Positions 1 to 10,790 of a stretch of 64,000 nt of DNA are shown here, in pieces. How positions within the stretch are numbered: the stretch's first letter is position 1; every line of letters starts with the position of its first letter. The notes below the pieces were generated by a model that made no database searches, was not told the DNA's origin, and saw nothing but the letters and a program-made list of their open reading frames with translations. A program made the translations under genes and the position numbers. This DNA comes from Candidatus Poribacteria bacterium (GTDB lineage Bacteria > Poribacteria > WGA-4E > PCPOR2b), in assembly GCA_965208325.1 (NCBI GenBank), contig OZ242326.1, forward strand, positions 1,184,001 through 1,248,000, written 5' to 3'.

Positions 1-12
1 AAACGGATCGTG

Positions 13-711
13 ATGAATCGGAAGGTGAGCGTTCTTATTCCCGCAGCTGGCAGCGGAAGACGGATGGGACATCGTCTTATTAGAAAACCGTATTTGCAAC
101 TGCACGGCAAACCGATCCTCGCGCATACCATTAGCGTCTTCGATAAAAACCCTGTCGTAGATTCGATATTTGTCATCATCAATGCTTCGGATTTTGAGTT
201 GTGTGAATCTATTGCAATAGACCCATACGGTTTCCGAAAAGTGGGGAATCTGATTCCCGGCGGGGAAACTCGTCAAGATTCCGTTTTCAATGGCTTGCGG
301 TTACTTCCTAGCGATACGGATTTTGTCATTGTACACGATGGAGTCCGCCCTTTTGTCACCGACGATTTAATAAACTCTTGTCTCGAAGCGGTGGATGAAT
401 GGGGCGCGGCGGTTGCTGCTGTGCCTGTCCATGACACGATCAAGGTCGTTGATGCGGGCGGGTTCATTGTTGACACCCCAAATCGCAGCAAATTTTGGGC
501 GGTGCAGACCCCTCAGGGCTTCAGGCGAGAGGTGCTAATGGGAGCGCACCAACAGGCGCAGGAGAAAGGCTTGGTTGCAACTGATGACGCTGCGCTCGTT
601 GAACAACTCGGCTGCAGGGTCAAGTTGATAACGGGAAGTCATCGAAACCTAAAAATTACAACCGCGGAAGATCTTCTCATCGCCGAATCGTTTTGCGCCC
701 CTACAAATTGA
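13..711 (+). CDS. ispD: 2-C-methyl-D-erythritol 4-phosphate cytidylyltransferase
   Basis: IPAAGSGRRM, GGETRQDSV, VHDGVRPF, VQTPQGF, TDDA and NLKITT motifs; directly upstream of ispF. Confidence 0.95.
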   Translation: MNRKVSVLIPAAGSGRRMGHRLIRKPYLQLHGKPILAHTISVFDKNPVVDSIFVIINASDFELCESIAIDPYGFRKVGNLIPGGETRQDSVFNGLRLLPSDTDFVIVHDGVRPFVTDDLINSCLEAVDEWGAAVAAVPVHDTIKVVDAGGFIVDTPNRSKFWAVQTPQGFRREVLMGAHQQAQEKGLVATDDAALVEQLGCRVKLITGSHRNLKITTAEDLLIAESFCAPTN

Positions 712-741
712 AAGTTAGTTGACCATCTTCAACTCAAAAAT

Positions 742-1215
742 ATGCGTGTCGGAATTGGATACGATGTCCACCGGCTGGTGGAAAATCAAAAGCTGGTTTT
801 AGGTGGAGTTCAGATTCCCTATGCAAAAGGACTCTTGGGACACTCCGACGCTGATGTATTAACTCACGCCGTTTGCGACGCAATATTGGGAGCGGCAGGC
901 CTAGGTGATATTGGCGTTCACTTTCCCGATACGGACGAAGCATATGCGGATGTCAATAGCCTTAAATTGTTGAAACACGTCAAAACGCTCGTTGAACGGG
1001 ACTATTCATTTCTAAATGTGGACAGCACTATTATCGCGCAACGTCCAAAGCTTGCCGTTTACATACCAAAAATGCGTCAGCAACTCGCTAGTACATTGTC
1101 AGTCCCCGTAGATCGAATCAACGTAAAAGCCACTACATCGGAGGGGCTTGGATTCATTGGCAAGGAAAAAGCAATTGCCGCGCAAGCGATTGTTAGCTTA
1201 GACGCTAGGCATTAG
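742..1215 (+). CDS. ispF: 2-C-methyl-D-erythritol 2,4-cyclodiphosphate synthase
   Basis: [43 protein letters not shown]. Confidence 0.97.
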   Translation: MRVGIGYDVHRLVENQKLVLGGVQIPYAKGLLGHSDADVLTHAVCDAILGAAGLGDIGVHFPDTDEAYADVNSLKLLKHVKTLVERDYSFLNVDSTIIAQRPKLAVYIPKMRQQLASTLSVPVDRINVKATTSEGLGFIGKEKAIAAQAIVSLDARH

Positions 1216-1284
1216 GTATGGGATATGTTATCGCATATTTCTAATGCGCGGCACGATAAAATACGACTCTAAATTGGAATAACA

Positions 1285-2745
1285 TTGGCATTAAGAATTT
1301 ATAACTCTCTCACGAGACGGCTGGAGGAATTTACCCCATTGCGGGCGGGAAAGGTACAAATGTATACCTGTGGTCCTACCGTCTACGATTACTTTCACAT
1401 CGGAAACGCTCGCACGTTCCTCGTTTCTGACGTTGTGCGGCGCTATCTCGAATTTCAGGGCTACCAAGTCAAACTAGTTCAGAACATCACCGACATTGAC
1501 GATAAAATTATCAATCGCGCAAACGAATCTGGTGTTGATGCTAAACAGCTTTCCCAGAAATATGCCGCAGCGTACTTTGAAGATTCGAGACATCTTGGAA
1601 TTCGTCCTGCTGATGTTCATCCCCGCGCAACCGAACATGTGCCTGAAATCATTGAATTGCTTCAGACGTTGATTGACAAAGGTGCGGCGTATGAACGCGG
1701 CGGAGACCTGTATTACCGCATAAACCGTTTCCCCAATTACGGCAAACTTTCAAACCGAGACGTTAAGGATGTGCGCGCCGGCGCCAGAGTCGCGGTGAAC
1801 GAACGAAAAGAAGATCCGCGCGATTTTGACCTCTGGAAAATGGCTAAACCCGGTGAACCGTCGTGGGAAAGCCCATGGGGGAGAGGACGGCCGGGCTGGC
1901 ACATCGAGTGCTCGGCAATGGCTATGAAGCATCTGGGTGAAACATTAGACATTCACGCCGGGGGGCAAGACCTCCAATTTCCCCATCACGAAAATGAGAT
2001 TGCCCAGAGCGAGTTGGCTACCGGAAAGCAATTTGCTCGTTACTGGTTGCACGTCGCATTCTTGAGAACTGGTGGAAAGAGAATGGGAAAATCTGAGCAA
2101 AATTTCATTCTGGTGCGCGACGCGCTTCGAGATTATGCTCCCGAAGCAATCCGCCATTTCCTAATTTCCGCTCAATACCGCCATCCACTTGATTTCAACG
2201 ACACCAGCTTAAAGGAATCGAGCAGCGCGATCCGGCGGTTGGAAAACTGTCTAATCGAGTTGAATCAATACCAAGAACACCACGCTAATACACCTGTTGC
2301 TGAGGCTGAACGCAGCGAAGATGAAATCGCTTTAATCGAATCTGTCGATGCTATGCGTCGTGAATTTAACACCGCAATGAATGACGATTTTAATACCGCC
2401 GGCGCCATAGGTGCGATTTTCAAATTCGTGGGTAATGTCAACTCCTTCCTCGCTGAAAACCACACCCACCCCTCACTTCTGGTGAAAACGGTGCTCGGCA
2501 ATGCATACCGTAAGCTCACTGAATTGTGCGGGGTGTTGGGAATTTACGCTCAGAAATCCGATGCCCGCAGTGACAACGCCCTGTTGATTGAACATTTAAT
2601 GCAGCTCATTTTGGAGGTACGTCAAGAGGCGAGAAATCGCAAAGATTGGGAAATTTCGGATAAAATTCGCGACGGCTTAAAGCAACTGAATATTGAGCTA
2701 AAGGACTCTCGATCGGGAACTACTTGGCAACAATACGACGCATGA
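1285..2745 (+). CDS. cysS: cysteine--tRNA ligase (TTG start)
   Basis: CGPTVYD, HIGN, GRPGWHIECSAM, FPHHENE, KMSKS variant RMGKS; follows ispDF. Confidence 0.97.
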   Translation: MALRIYNSLTRRLEEFTPLRAGKVQMYTCGPTVYDYFHIGNARTFLVSDVVRRYLEFQGYQVKLVQNITDIDDKIINRANESGVDAKQLSQKYAAAYFEDSRHLGIRPADVHPRATEHVPEIIELLQTLIDKGAAYERGGDLYYRINRFPNYGKLSNRDVKDVRAGARVAVNERKEDPRDFDLWKMAKPGEPSWESPWGRGRPGWHIECSAMAMKHLGETLDIHAGGQDLQFPHHENEIAQSELATGKQFARYWLHVAFLRTGGKRMGKSEQNFILVRDALRDYAPEAIRHFLISAQYRHPLDFNDTSLKESSSAIRRLENCLIELNQYQEHHANTPVAEAERSEDEIALIESVDAMRREFNTAMNDDFNTAGAIGAIFKFVGNVNSFLAENHTHPSLLVKTVLGNAYRKLTELCGVLGIYAQKSDARSDNALLIEHLMQLILEVRQEARNRKDWEISDKIRDGLKQLNIELKDSRSGTTWQQYDA

Positions 2746-2787
2746 ATTTCAAACTCACACTAAATTATACAAGGAGCGTGATAACAA

Positions 2788-3408
2788 ATGTACCGCTTTG
2801 TACCCTTATTGTTGGTTTGTCTAACTGGATGTAATATTGTTAGCAAGCTGGTGTCTAAGCAGGAGCTCAGCGAAAACTATGCTCTGATGGAAGGCGTAAA
2901 AGCAACAACCCCTGAAATGATTGATGGCAACTTGAGGACAGTCGGCGAAGCTTCATTGCCTGAAGGCGCCGAAGGAGCATTCGGAATGTCTCCTACAACC
3001 GAAGCCATTGTAACATTACCTGAAAAAAAGGTGATCAGCCGAATTGTAATCCATTCAAAAAACTTAAAAGAGTTTGACGTGTGGGCGGATAAAGGAAACA
3101 GCGATTGGGTGGTGTTAAAGGAAGTCAGGAGCGCCAAATCCAATCCCATCGTACTTTCCGGACTTCGGGCGCATTTCCCGACTGACAGAATCCGAATCCG
3201 TGTGTTAGGAACAACCGATGATGCCGAGTTGCGGCGGAGAGAACGAGCACGCGGCGGTTTTCAGGCCGTGGGTTTCGGATACAGCCGTGCACCGGGTAAG
3301 TTTTATGAGATTGAACTCTACGGTTACAGATCATCAGAGGATGCCGAAATAAAACAGGAAGTAGAAAAGCGGGAACAGGAATTGGATGACCTCTTAGAAT
3401 TAAAGTAA
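2788..3408 (+). CDS. lipoprotein with discoidin/F5-8 type C-like jelly-roll domain
   Basis: Lipobox LTGC; DGNxxT near the N-terminus, TDRIRIRV, and C-terminal EIELYG, typical of discoidin-like folds; SD AAGGAG. Confidence 0.6.
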   Translation: MYRFVPLLLVCLTGCNIVSKLVSKQELSENYALMEGVKATTPEMIDGNLRTVGEASLPEGAEGAFGMSPTTEAIVTLPEKKVISRIVIHSKNLKEFDVWADKGNSDWVVLKEVRSAKSNPIVLSGLRAHFPTDRIRIRVLGTTDDAELRRRERARGGFQAVGFGYSRAPGKFYEIELYGYRSSEDAEIKQEVEKREQELDDLLELK

Positions 3409-3519
3409 CTCGAAAATTCAACCTCAACTCCCTCTTTTTATATCGAATCAATACTTTTAAAATAGATGCTCTGCTTTTGCAGAAAGCAATCCGCAATAAA
3501 ACTAGAATAGGAGGAAAAC

Positions 3520-4110
3520 ATGCGATACGCCGCGTATACACTGATAATTCTGGCAATGGTTTCATGTCTCGGTTGTTTGACCTCGTCCACCTCATCAATC
3601 AGATGGAGTGAGAACATCGCTATGTCCGGAACAGCGGACGATCCGAGGCTAAACGACGGTAATCTCTATTCAGTTGGTGAAACTAGCCCAATAAGGGATG
3701 ATCCGAACAACCCGGACTCATACAAAGAAGCTGATGAATACAGCCAAGCTGTGATTCAATGGGGCAGACCGCAACAAGTCCAGCGGATTATTGTAATAGC
3801 CAAGGAAGGACAACTGGAGTTTTTCGAAATCCAGTACGAAGATGAGAACGGGAAATGGAAGACTGTCAGAAGTGTCAGGGATCATTTGAGACCGGAATAC
3901 AAATACACCGGTAAGGAACCAATGACGACTCGCAAAGTCCGCCTCAAAGTTCCCCGTAGATGGGATTCTCGCCGGGTGGGGGGTGAGAAACGAAGAACGG
4001 TAACGGATGGCGGCGCACCGGTTGTACGAAATCGAAAGATTCAAGAGATTGAAGTCTATTATGCGCTGCCGCCGGAAGAACCAGTTGTTCCCGAAACATC
4101 TGACCAGTGA
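3520..4110 (+). CDS. lipoprotein with discoidin-like domain, paralog of the upstream gene
   Basis: Lipobox CLGC; LNDGNLYSVGET, TRKVRLKV, IQEIEVY; SD AGGAGG. Confidence 0.6.
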   Translation: MRYAAYTLIILAMVSCLGCLTSSTSSIRWSENIAMSGTADDPRLNDGNLYSVGETSPIRDDPNNPDSYKEADEYSQAVIQWGRPQQVQRIIVIAKEGQLEFFEIQYEDENGKWKTVRSVRDHLRPEYKYTGKEPMTTRKVRLKVPRRWDSRRVGGEKRRTVTDGGAPVVRNRKIQEIEVYYALPPEEPVVPETSDQ

Positions 4111-4119
4111 GAACCGTAG

Positions 4120-5319
4120 ATGACGTTATCTGATGAAGTGAAGAACTTGATTCATCTCAGCATCATCCCCGGTGTTGGGAGTCAATCAATTCGATGTCTG
4201 ATGGCGGCGTTTGGATCCGCGGAGAGGGCTTTAACGGCAACATCGGAGGAATTGGTTCAGATTGAGGGGCTTACGCATAAGGCGCGCCAACGACTAGTCA
4301 ACGGCAGGTCGCACGTCTCTTTGAATCGGGAACTTGAACTTATTCAATCCCATCAGTGTCACATCGTTACATTCGAGGATGAAGCTTATCCACCCCTTCT
4401 CAAACAGATTAGCGACCCGCCGCTGGTACTATATGTCAAGCGGCGGTTGCCTCCGCAAGACGCATTGAGCATCGCAATTGTGGGGTCGCGGAGTCCAACA
4501 CATTATGGCAAAACCACCTGTCAGCAACTTAGCCAGCAGCTTGCAGCGCGGGGGGTCACCATTGTCAGCGGGTTTGCGCGAGGCATAGATACCGTTGCGC
4601 ACCGCGGCGCATTAGAAGCGGGCGGCCGTACAATTGCTGTCATGGGAAATGGGTTGAATCATGTATACCCGGAGGAAAATCGGAATCTCGCTGATGAAAT
4701 TCTTGAATCGGGCGGCGCACTAATCTCCGAATTCCCGATGACCGTGCCGCCAATGGGAACAAACTTCCCGCTTCGAAATCGCGTTATCAGCGGATTGACT
4801 TCGGGAACTCTCGTTGTCGAAGCCTCTGAACGCAGCGGTTCTCTGATTACTGCCCGGCTTGCCGCCGAACAAGGACGTGAAGTTTTTGCCGTGCCGGGCC
4901 AAATCTTCTCAAAACTCTCTCAGGGCACGCACAAACTTATCAATCAAGGAGCCACCCTCATCCACTCCGTTGACGACCTCTTTGATGAACTGCCTCAGGC
5001 CTTTACAGGATTGGCACCTCCATCATCTACGGTCTCTCAACCCCATGAGCAACATCCGCACCCCGATTCAACAATCAGCCATTCCCGCCAATTGACACTA
5101 GATGATATGCCGCAGGAGGAGGACAAGCCTGCGCCGTCTGTACAACTGACACCGGATGAAGGCGTAGTTCTCTCGGCGATAGATGCGCCCACCTCACACA
5201 TTGATCAGATTGTCCGAACAGCACAGCTCCCCATTAACCGAGTGTCCAGTGTTCTCCTCACCCTTGAACTGAAAGGTATTGTCGAACAGTTGCCGGGCAA
5301 ACATTTTGCGAAAAAATAA
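4120..5319 (+). CDS. dprA: DNA-processing protein DprA
   Basis: AIVGSR, VSGFARGID, FPLRNRVISGL, VVEASERSGSLITA; C-terminal winged helix LELKG. Confidence 0.95.
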   Translation: MTLSDEVKNLIHLSIIPGVGSQSIRCLMAAFGSAERALTATSEELVQIEGLTHKARQRLVNGRSHVSLNRELELIQSHQCHIVTFEDEAYPPLLKQISDPPLVLYVKRRLPPQDALSIAIVGSRSPTHYGKTTCQQLSQQLAARGVTIVSGFARGIDTVAHRGALEAGGRTIAVMGNGLNHVYPEENRNLADEILESGGALISEFPMTVPPMGTNFPLRNRVISGLTSGTLVVEASERSGSLITARLAAEQGREVFAVPGQIFSKLSQGTHKLINQGATLIHSVDDLFDELPQAFTGLAPPSSTVSQPHEQHPHPDSTISHSRQLTLDDMPQEEDKPAPSVQLTPDEGVVLSAIDAPTSHIDQIVRTAQLPINRVSSVLLTLELKGIVEQLPGKHFAKK

Positions 5320-5331
5320 GAGATTGACACT

Positions 5332-6303
5332 ATGCGTTCGAAAAATTTGGACTTTGAAAAACCGCTCATCGAGTTAGGCCAACACATAGAACAACTGAAA
5401 TCATTCGCCGAAGAAAATCCGGAATCGAGTATTGCTGAAAACATAAAAGCGCTCGAAGCCGATGCCGATCGATTTACCCGGCACACCTTTCAAAAGTTGA
5501 CCCGGTGGGATAAGGTTTGGCTGGCGCGGCACGAAGAACGCCCGCAAACGCCAATATACATCAATGCGCTCTTCGATGATCCCATTGAACTCCACGGAGA
5601 TAAGTTGTTTGACGACGATCAAGCGTTAAATGGCGGTCTGGCTTGGTTCGACGGGAATCCAATTGTCTACCTGGCGCATCAGAAGGGAAAAAATCTGAAA
5701 GAGCGGCAAGCTGTAAATTTTGGAATGCCGCACCCGGAGGGTTATCGGAAGGCGCGGCGGTTGATGAAATTTGCAGAAAAGTTTAACCGGCCTATTATCA
5801 GCTTTGTCGACACTCCCGCGGCGCATTTTGATAGAGGCTCGGAGGAGCGTGGACAAGCCATGGCAATCGCCGAAAATTTGGCAGAGATGGCGCGATTGCA
5901 GGTGCCAATGATAGTTATTCTGATTGGCGAAGGAGGCAGCGGCGGTGCGTTAGCCATCGCAATGGGAGATCGTGTGCTCATGATGGAATACGCCATTTAT
6001 TGCGTAGCCCCTCCGGAGGCGTGTAGCAGTATCGTGTGGAAGGACGACGGCACACATGCACCGCAAGCCGCTGAAGCGCTAAAACCCACCGCCGTGGATT
6101 TGCTCGAATTCGGCATCATTGATGGAATCATTCGTGAGCCGCTCGGTGGAGCGCATCGAGACTTTCCGATGGCTGCCAAGCGCGTCAAATCTGCAATTCG
6201 AAAACATCTGAAAGAATTGATGCAACTCGATCGAGATGTATTGCTTCAACAGCGAAGTGAACGTTACCGGAGAATAGGAATCTACGGTGAAGAAAATTTG
6301 TGA
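5332..6303 (+). CDS. accA: acetyl-CoA carboxylase carboxyltransferase subunit alpha
   Basis: LDFEKPL, FGMPHPEGYRKA, GEGGSGGALA. Confidence 0.95.
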   Translation: MRSKNLDFEKPLIELGQHIEQLKSFAEENPESSIAENIKALEADADRFTRHTFQKLTRWDKVWLARHEERPQTPIYINALFDDPIELHGDKLFDDDQALNGGLAWFDGNPIVYLAHQKGKNLKERQAVNFGMPHPEGYRKARRLMKFAEKFNRPIISFVDTPAAHFDRGSEERGQAMAIAENLAEMARLQVPMIVILIGEGGSGGALAIAMGDRVLMMEYAIYCVAPPEACSSIVWKDDGTHAPQAAEALKPTAVDLLEFGIIDGIIREPLGGAHRDFPMAAKRVKSAIRKHLKELMQLDRDVLLQQRSERYRRIGIYGEENL

Positions 6304-6326
6304 ATGGTGAATAAGGCGGGTGTCAA

Positions 6327-7796
6327 GTGTCGCGCTTAAGGACGGCCTCTCAATCGTTTATAGTCTCCCTTCTAATTCATGCGCTAATCGCCTTCGTCAT
6401 CGGGGTGTTCTTGATAACTCGGACGCGTGCGTTTCGTGATCTCATTGACGCCAGCATTCTACAACCCGCCGAACCTCCCAAGCCGATGATCCGCAAGCCG
6501 ATAGTTAAACCAGCGGCAAAGCCTATTGTTCCCGTTCAATCAATAATAGTTGTCGACCAAATTCAAACTACACCACGTGTCACAACATCGGTAAGGCATG
6601 AAAGCCCCCGCGTTACCGCTGAACAGAAGGTTGCATTTTCAAATCGCCGCTTAAAGCTCGATTTAACGCCAAATCCAGAAACACCAAGGGTTGTCAATCC
6701 CAATCAACCAACTGCCCACATAGTCACGCACGTGAATCTCCCAATCGCCGACTCGCAGGGTGCGCCGGCTTTTTCTGCATCTGTTTCGCCGGGTGGCGGC
6801 CGCGCAAACCGGTATAGCCAACGCGGGATTCACTCTGCACATCACGGCATTCCAATCGGGCAGAATTCTCGCCGCATGGCTTCCGGTATAAAATCCTTAG
6901 TCAATGCCACTGGCGCCGAACCGTCCGCACTAAATGCTTTAAACCGCGAGATTCATTTGGGAAATCAACTCATGGTGCCACTTAAGGCGAACGAATTAGG
7001 TGCTCGAATTTACACCGACCCCCACACTGGTATGCCCACCGGCTATTTCCATATCTGCTACGTCCGTTTTCGCCAACGTGGAATGAATGAATTTTTTGAA
7101 GTCGATCCGACCGCACTTTACTTTTTGGTGAAATGGATGACGCAAAGTACACACATCAAAGGTCGAATCGCCGGTCGTACGCTTTTTCTCGATGACCCGG
7201 GAATTCATGAATCGCCAATGCTCTATATGAACGGCACGCGCGCAGTTCGCCTGCGCCCCGCGGAAAAATGGAACCTCACACGTTATCTCGTTGAGAAAGG
7301 CGGCTTCATCTTTGTTGACGACGATATGGGGCAAGGCAGCGCATCAGTACGGGCATTTGCGCGTTCATTGCGCGCACAGTTTCGAGAGATTATCCTCGGC
7401 GCTGGTGGTAGAGAACTCATGAAAATTCCAAACGAACATCCAATCTGGAATGAACCGTTTAAACTCGGCGGGCAACCTGCCAGTCCCAATCCGTACAGCC
7501 GGCCCACCCTTCCGATGACCGCGTTTGAGTTGAATGGACGCCTCTCCGTAGTCGTCAGCTATGACGACTATAACAACGGATGGGAAGCTCCCGGCAGGGG
7601 TATGGGCGGGATTGATTTTGTGCCCTCAATCCTACGCATGGGTGCAAATTTTATGTTCTATGCTGGAACACACGGGAAGATAAGCGATTACAAGCACTAT
7701 GTTCCATCCGACAAGTGGAGAAATGACGATGCCCTGGAAAAAGTGCCGACGCGGGCACCTCAAGCCGCTTCCATTTCATCGTTAGGTCTTCAATAG
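6327..7796 (+). CDS. membrane-anchored DUF4159-like protein with Pro-rich linker
   Basis: N-terminal TM (SLLIHAL...), Pro/Lys-rich stalk, C-terminal domain with YLVEKGGFIFVDD, HPIW, GRLSVVVS and RMGANF. Confidence 0.65.
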   Translation: MSRLRTASQSFIVSLLIHALIAFVIGVFLITRTRAFRDLIDASILQPAEPPKPMIRKPIVKPAAKPIVPVQSIIVVDQIQTTPRVTTSVRHESPRVTAEQKVAFSNRRLKLDLTPNPETPRVVNPNQPTAHIVTHVNLPIADSQGAPAFSASVSPGGGRANRYSQRGIHSAHHGIPIGQNSRRMASGIKSLVNATGAEPSALNALNREIHLGNQLMVPLKANELGARIYTDPHTGMPTGYFHICYVRFRQRGMNEFFEVDPTALYFLVKWMTQSTHIKGRIAGRTLFLDDPGIHESPMLYMNGTRAVRLRPAEKWNLTRYLVEKGGFIFVDDDMGQGSASVRAFARSLRAQFREIILGAGGRELMKIPNEHPIWNEPFKLGGQPASPNPYSRPTLPMTAFELNGRLSVVVSYDDYNNGWEAPGRGMGGIDFVPSILRMGANFMFYAGTHGKISDYKHYVPSDKWRNDDALEKVPTRAPQAASISSLGLQ

Positions 7797-7909
7797 TAAA
7801 TCCCCGAGCATTGTGCCGTGAACGTAATCGTGCTCGACCGCCTTGCTCATGTAAACTTTCAACATCGTTTTCTAGATTGACTCTCTAGAACGCTAGAAGA
7901 CGGTTAAAG

Positions 7910-8283
7910 ATGCGCATTCGCACCCGACTAATCTGGAATTATATCGACATTGTGCTGGTGTTTTTGCCGGCAATCGAAACGAATCTGCCGCCTCAAAACT
8001 CCGGCTCAACGGACTAACAGTTGATTTGGAATAGCATCAAGCCTTCAGTCACGAAGCGTTAATTGATTTGACGACGACGGAAATTAAGATGCAGACGTTA
8101 TTCGCCGGTTCACCGGGGCGTGCATTTACTCGGAACATTTTGATGGACGTAGTTAAGGGACAGGAGTATTACGGCGCGAATCGCACAATAGACACGCACA
8201 TCAGCCGACTTAGACGCAAATTAGGTGGATTTGGCGATTTAATCTAAACCGTGCACGGCGTGGGATATCGGTTAAAAGCGTAG
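7910..8283 (+). pseudogene. phoB: decayed OmpR/PhoB-family response regulator (DNA-binding domain only), preceded by a probable sensor-kinase N-terminal stub
   Basis: Frame from 7981 reads ...LTVDLE*HQAF...LTTTEIK...PGRAFTRNILMDVVKG...NRTIDTHISRLRRKLG...LI*TVHGVGYRLKA*, with in-frame stops at 8032 and 8245. No receiver domain. Adjacent to phoU-pst. The phoB identity rests on that context. Confidence 0.8.
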
Positions 8284-8295
8284 CTTCCGCGAGAA

Positions 8296-8976
8296 CTATT
8301 CCGTTTTTTCCTTAAGTTTCGCGGCACGTTGATGACGAATCACATCGCCTTCAACCAAATAGTACACCTCTTCGCCAATATTCGCCGCCAAGTCTCCAAT
8401 CCGCTCCAAATGCCGGAAGAGCAGCAACGTGCTGATGCCAGGCCGGACGAGTTCAGGCCGCTCAATCATATACGTCAAAAGCTCACGCAAAGTTTGGTCG
8501 TATATGGCGTCAACCTGCTTATCTCGTTCCCGCACCTCCTGGGCTAAGATAGCGTCGCGGTTTACAAATGCGTCGAGTGTGTCTTTCACCATTTCCTGGA
8601 CGATTCCAGCAACGCGCGGCAAATCTATAAACGGCTTAACCGGCGCATGCTCCATTAATTCCAGGCATCGTTGAGCAATATCGACTGCCTTGTCTGCCAT
8701 CCGCTCAAGGTCACGGTTAATCTTCATCGCCATCGTGAGAAAACGGACATCTGACGCCGCTGGCTGGTGGAGGGCAATGAGTTGGATGCAGTATTCTTCA
8801 ATTTCATTCTCAAGTGCATCGGCTTGGTCATCACTGTCAATGACCGCCTGCGCAAGCTCTCCGTTGCGGTTGAGAACAGACTCGACCGCCCGGTGTAGCA
8901 TATCTTCCGCAAGGTCCCCGAGCACGAGCAGTTTCTGTTGAAGTTCACTTAATTCAAGTTCAAAACGCCGCTGCAT
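8296..8976 (-). CDS. phoU: phosphate signalling complex protein PhoU
   Basis: LHQPAASDVR, DLERMAD, HLERIGDLAANI; at the end of the pst operon. Confidence 0.96.
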   Translation of the reverse strand: MQRRFELELSELQQKLLVLGDLAEDMLHRAVESVLNRNGELAQAVIDSDDQADALENEIEEYCIQLIALHQPAASDVRFLTMAMKINRDLERMADKAVDIAQRCLELMEHAPVKPFIDLPRVAGIVQEMVKDTLDAFVNRDAILAQEVRERDKQVDAIYDQTLRELLTYMIERPELVRPGISTLLLFRHLERIGDLAANIGEEVYYLVEGDVIRHQRAAKLKEKTE

Positions 8977-9124
8977 CGTAATACCTCCTTTTGCCGGATG
9001 ATGTATATTTCATGCAATCCGTACATCAACCTAATTCAGGGCACATCATTTGGTTAAGAAATCTGTAATTCATGCATAATGGACAGTCATCCAGACTACT
9101 GTCTCGCCGAAAATTTAAGGCCAA

Positions 9125-9904
9125 TTAACCAAACTTGCCTGTGATGTAAGCCTCTGTCCTTGAGTCTCCCGGATTGGTAAATATCTTTTCTGTCGCATCA
9201 AATTCAATCAGCTCGCCGAGATAGAGAAAAGCCGTAAAATCCGAGACACGCGCCGCCTGTTGCATGTTGTGCGTAACGATTAGAACCGTATAGTTGGCTT
9301 TCAATTCCAGTATCAGTTCCTCAATTTTGCCCGTCGCTATTGGATCGAGCGCTGAACACGGTTCATCCAGCAACAATACCTCCGGTTCAATTGCTAACGT
9401 CCTCGCGATGCAAAGCCGCTGTTGTTGTCCGCCAGAAAGTGTGTACGCGTTGTCTTTCAACTTGTCCTTGACTTCATCCCATAGCGCAGCCTTTTTCAAA
9501 CTGTCTTCAACTATCATATCAAGCTTAAGACGATTGCGAATCCCCGAAATCCTAGGGCCGTAAGCCACATTTTCATAGATGGATTTTGGAAACGGGTTCT
9601 GCTTCTGAAAGACCATGCCGAGCCGCAAACGCACCTCTACCGGATCAATTGCGGGGGAGTATAAATCCTCGCCCTCCAAGAGGATTTGTCCCGCCAGCCT
9701 AAAAGTGGGAATGAAGTCGTTCATACGGTTGAAACACCGGATGAGCGTACTTTTGCCGCATCCGGACGGGCCAATCAACGCGGTCACTCTGAAACGTTCA
9801 ATATTAAACGATATATCTTTCAGCGCCAGTGCCGTGCCATACCAAGCGTTTAAACTTTGTACATTTAAGATGGTGTCTACTTTATTCAGTTGCTCGTGGT
9901 TCAT
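9125..9904 (-). CDS. pstB: phosphate ABC transporter ATPase
   Basis: [38 protein letters not shown]; start moved to ATG 9904 to avoid overlap with pstA. Confidence 0.96.
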   Translation of the reverse strand: MNHEQLNKVDTILNVQSLNAWYGTALALKDISFNIERFRVTALIGPSGCGKSTLIRCFNRMNDFIPTFRLAGQILLEGEDLYSPAIDPVEVRLRLGMVFQKQNPFPKSIYENVAYGPRISGIRNRLKLDMIVEDSLKKAALWDEVKDKLKDNAYTLSGGQQQRLCIARTLAIEPEVLLLDEPCSALDPIATGKIEELILELKANYTVLIVTHNMQQAARVSDFTAFLYLGELIEFDATEKIFTNPGDSRTEAYITGKFG

Positions 9905-9911
9905 CTTTGCC

Positions 9912-10790
9912 TCACGAATACTGTGTCTGATAACGGTTTCGTAAAAAGATAGCGAGGGCATTTAAGAGGAGTGTCACCGCCAACAGGACAACGATTCCTG
10001 CTGCTGCATTGGTGAGAAATTCTTTTTGCGGTCTGTCAACCCAATTGTAAATCTGAATAGGTAACACGGTAAATGGCTTGAGTAGCCCTTCGGGCGGATG
10101 TGTAACGAACATTAGCGCCCCTATCATAATCAACGGAGCAGTTTCTCCGACCGCACGCGAAATGGCAAGGATTACTCCGGTGAGAATCCCCGGGAACGCC
10201 ATTGGCAGGACATGGTGACTAATCGCCTGCCAGCGCGAGGCGCCGAGTGCATACGCCGCTTCACGGATACTGGGGGGTACAGACCGAATTGCCTCGCGAG
10301 CCGAAATAATAACAATTGGCAGCACGAGTAGCGCCAATGTCAATGCCCCCGCCAAAAGGCTCTTGTCTAGGCGCATTATCCTGACAAACAGCCCCAATCC
10401 TAAAATTCCGTAAATTATCGAAGGCACTCCTGCTAAATTGGCGACATTGATTTCGATGATGCGGCTAATGCGGCTTGACCGATTCGTATATTCTTCAAGA
10501 TAGATTGCCGCACCCACGCCCAATGGCACACTGATTAACGCGGTTAGCGCTATCACGTACATACTGCCAAGCAACGCCGCAAATATTCCGGCTTCTGCAG
10601 GGAACCGGGACAAGTAGCTAGTTAGAAACTTCCAACTGAGCCGCGGCACCCCATCAATGAGCGCATCTACAATCAGCGCTCCTAATGTGATTAGCGCTAT
10701 CAATACGCCAATTGCAGCAACAATCTGAAAAATTCGGTCATTCCGCCTTTGCCTAGCGAGAAGCCTTTGGAGTTGTGTCCTTGAGATCAT
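9912..10790 (-). CDS. pstA: phosphate ABC transporter permease PstA
   Basis: [29 protein letters not shown]. Confidence 0.95.
   Translation of the reverse strand: MISRTQLQRLLARQRRNDRIFQIVAAIGVLIALITLGALIVDALIDGVPRLSWKFLTSYLSRFPAEAGIFAALLGSMYVIALTALISVPLGVGAAIYLEEYTNRSSRISRIIEINVANLAGVPSIIYGILGLGLFVRIMRLDKSLLAGALTLALLVLPIVIISAREAIRSVPPSIREAAYALGASRWQAISHHVLPMAFPGILTGVILAISRAVGETAPLIMIGALMFVTHPPEGLLKPFTVLPIQIYNWVDRPQKEFLTNAAAGIVVLLAVTLLLNALAIFLRNRYQTQYS

Noticed and set aside
8032..8247. Stop-codon readthrough or alternative genetic code in the phoB remnant
   Set aside because: The stops differ (TAG, TAA), both terminate normal genes here, and the receiver domain is missing
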